Assembly: GCA_051941275.1 (NCBI GenBank)
Contig: JAVEBF010000070.1
Coordinates: forward strand, 1-34,658
Source: Dirinaria sp. TL-2023a
Taxonomy: Eukaryota
Direction: 5' to 3'
DNA: 34,658 nt
This document shows positions 33,140 through 34,658 of the stretch, piece after piece (within the stretch, counting starts at the first letter, position 1; every line of letters starts with the position of its first letter). Both the position numbers and the translations under genes were made by a program. Under the pieces are notes generated by a model, which saw only the letters and a program-made list of their open reading frames with translations, had not been told where the DNA came from and searched no databases.

Positions 33140-34604
33140 ATGCCAGTTGATTTCCATCTGTCCCCAGCCGAGGAAGGCATCCGTACCGCTGCCGCTGCGT
33201 TTGCAGCTGGACCTCTTAAAGATGCCAAGAAGATGTACATGAAATATCAGCATCCCACCGAGAGATTTCAAGCAACGCGGCCCATCTATCATCAAGCGGT
33301 AGCAGGAGGCTTGATTAAAGGGCAGATCCCACCTCATCTCGGAGGCTCTGGTGGTTCTTTGACAGAGGCGGCCATCCTGGTCGAAGAGATGTATTCCGTG
33401 GAGCCGGCGGCATCGTTGACCATCTTTTCCACCGGGCTAGGTTTGACACCAATGAACTTGACCGGAAAGCCAGAGCATAGAGAATTCCTAGCACCATTCC
33501 TAAGCCGAGAGGGAGAGCCATTGGCCAGTATGGTGTTTTCTGAGCCTGGAGGTGTCGCAAATTATCTGGAAGAAGGTGCACCTGGACTGAACACGACAGC
33601 GACGCTCGAGGGAGACGAGTGGGTCTTAAATGGAGAAAAGGTGGGACGTATACTTCATTGATTTAACGAAAAGTGTTTCCCGAGAATAGCCAATTATTGT
33701 CTCTTTCATACTTGGCTTACAGAGAACAGATTTGGGCTACTAACAGCGCTGGCTGGGATTTCGAAGGCGCAGACCTGCAATGCGTCGTTTGTCGGACTAC
33801 AACCCCGAGCGGCCAGACGCCTTCAGACGCGATTATGATACTCCTCGTCACACGAGCGGATATCAAGCGTAATGCCTCAGGCGCCTTTACAGTCCTGCGG
33901 CACATCTCCACCGCCGGTCACACCGCCTGCTCCGGCCCTCATATCAAATACACGAACCTGCGAGTGCCTGCTAAGAATGTATTGTGCCCTCCTGGTACCG
34001 GTGCCGCTGTTGTTTCAGGCGCGTTCGATTGCACCGCTGTGCTAGTCGGTGCCATGAGCGTGGGCATCATGCGCGCCGCATTCGACGCCGCACTCGCATT
34101 TGCAAAAGGCGACAATCGTCGAGGGGCGTCAGAGTTACTGACAAGGCAGGCAGTGGCGGACTTGCTCAGCGGCATCAAGATGCAGACGGAGGCTTGCAGG
34201 GCGCTCACGTGGAAAGCGGCCCACTGCCTTCAAAATGGGCCGGGGGATTATAACGCTCGCCGGGAGCTGGCGTTGGCGACGAAAATATATTGTTCCGACG
34301 CGTGTACGAAAGCTGTCACCGATGCTATCAATCTGGTGGGGATGTATGCATCCACCTTTCTCTTTCCCCTTTCTTCTGCCAGCCTCTTTTGGTGTGCGCC
34401 TTCTCTTAAGAAAACCAGTAACTTACGTCATAAATTAGAACTGCATACGACGCAGACCAGCCCTTTGCAGATCTCTTGAACACAGCCATGGTCTTGCCCA
34501 TCTTTGACGGCGGGAATGTTGGCATCAGGCGCCGGCATATGCAGGATCTGATGCTGGCGAAGGAGTATGATCCTTGGGCATCGACTTATGGTCATTGCCA
34601 ATAG
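33140..34604 (+). CDS. Nitroalkane oxidase-like flavoprotein (acyl-CoA dehydrogenase superfamily), ~426 aa, 3 exons
   Basis: Exons 33140-33640, 33730-34343 and 34439-34604 join in frame. From recall it closely resembles Fusarium oxysporum nitroalkane oxidase: VDFHLSP, RFQATRP, GEKIWATNSAGWDFEGADLQCVVCR and PIFDGGNVGIRRRHMQ...YDPWASTYG. Confidence 0.9.
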
Positions 34605-34658
34605 TCGTGCCTGAGCGGTTTATAGAAGTTTCTAATCACCAACATGTCTTAGGTCAAT

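Noticed and set aside
15405..34604. Secondary-metabolite or RiPP gene cluster
   Set aside because: No backbone synthase, DUF3328, tyrosinase or transporter is present, and housekeeping def1 interrupts the set.

Overview
Eukaryotic DNA from a filamentous ascomycete (Pezizomycotina), judged by short GT-AG introns, a fungal Def1 and a nitroalkane-oxidase-type gene. The window has two parts. (1) Bases ~1-12,000 hold no intact gene. They are decayed, stop- and frameshift-riddled minus-strand coding relics: a large Upf1/Sen1-like (AAA_11/AAA_12) SF1 helicase pseudogene whose 3' end breaks into two tandem arrays (10 x ~117 bp and at least 9 x ~243 bp, running off the left edge), a degenerate CCHC zinc knuckle/gag-like relic, and a ~300-bp diverged repeat. 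(2) Bases ~13,500-34,600 are ordinary gene space: a spliced secreted protein with a 6-Cys C-terminal module, an FAD monooxygenase, a SprT-like HExxH protein, Def1, a secreted repeat-peptide (KEP-like) precursor, a fungal TF-domain-like protein, a DUF7730-like protein and a nitroalkane oxidase. The most notable items are the helicase-derived tandem arrays, the repeat-peptide precursor with a 20-bp promoter minisatellite, and the Cys-knot-like secreted preproprotein. All calls come from manual reading and motif recall; no database searches were run.
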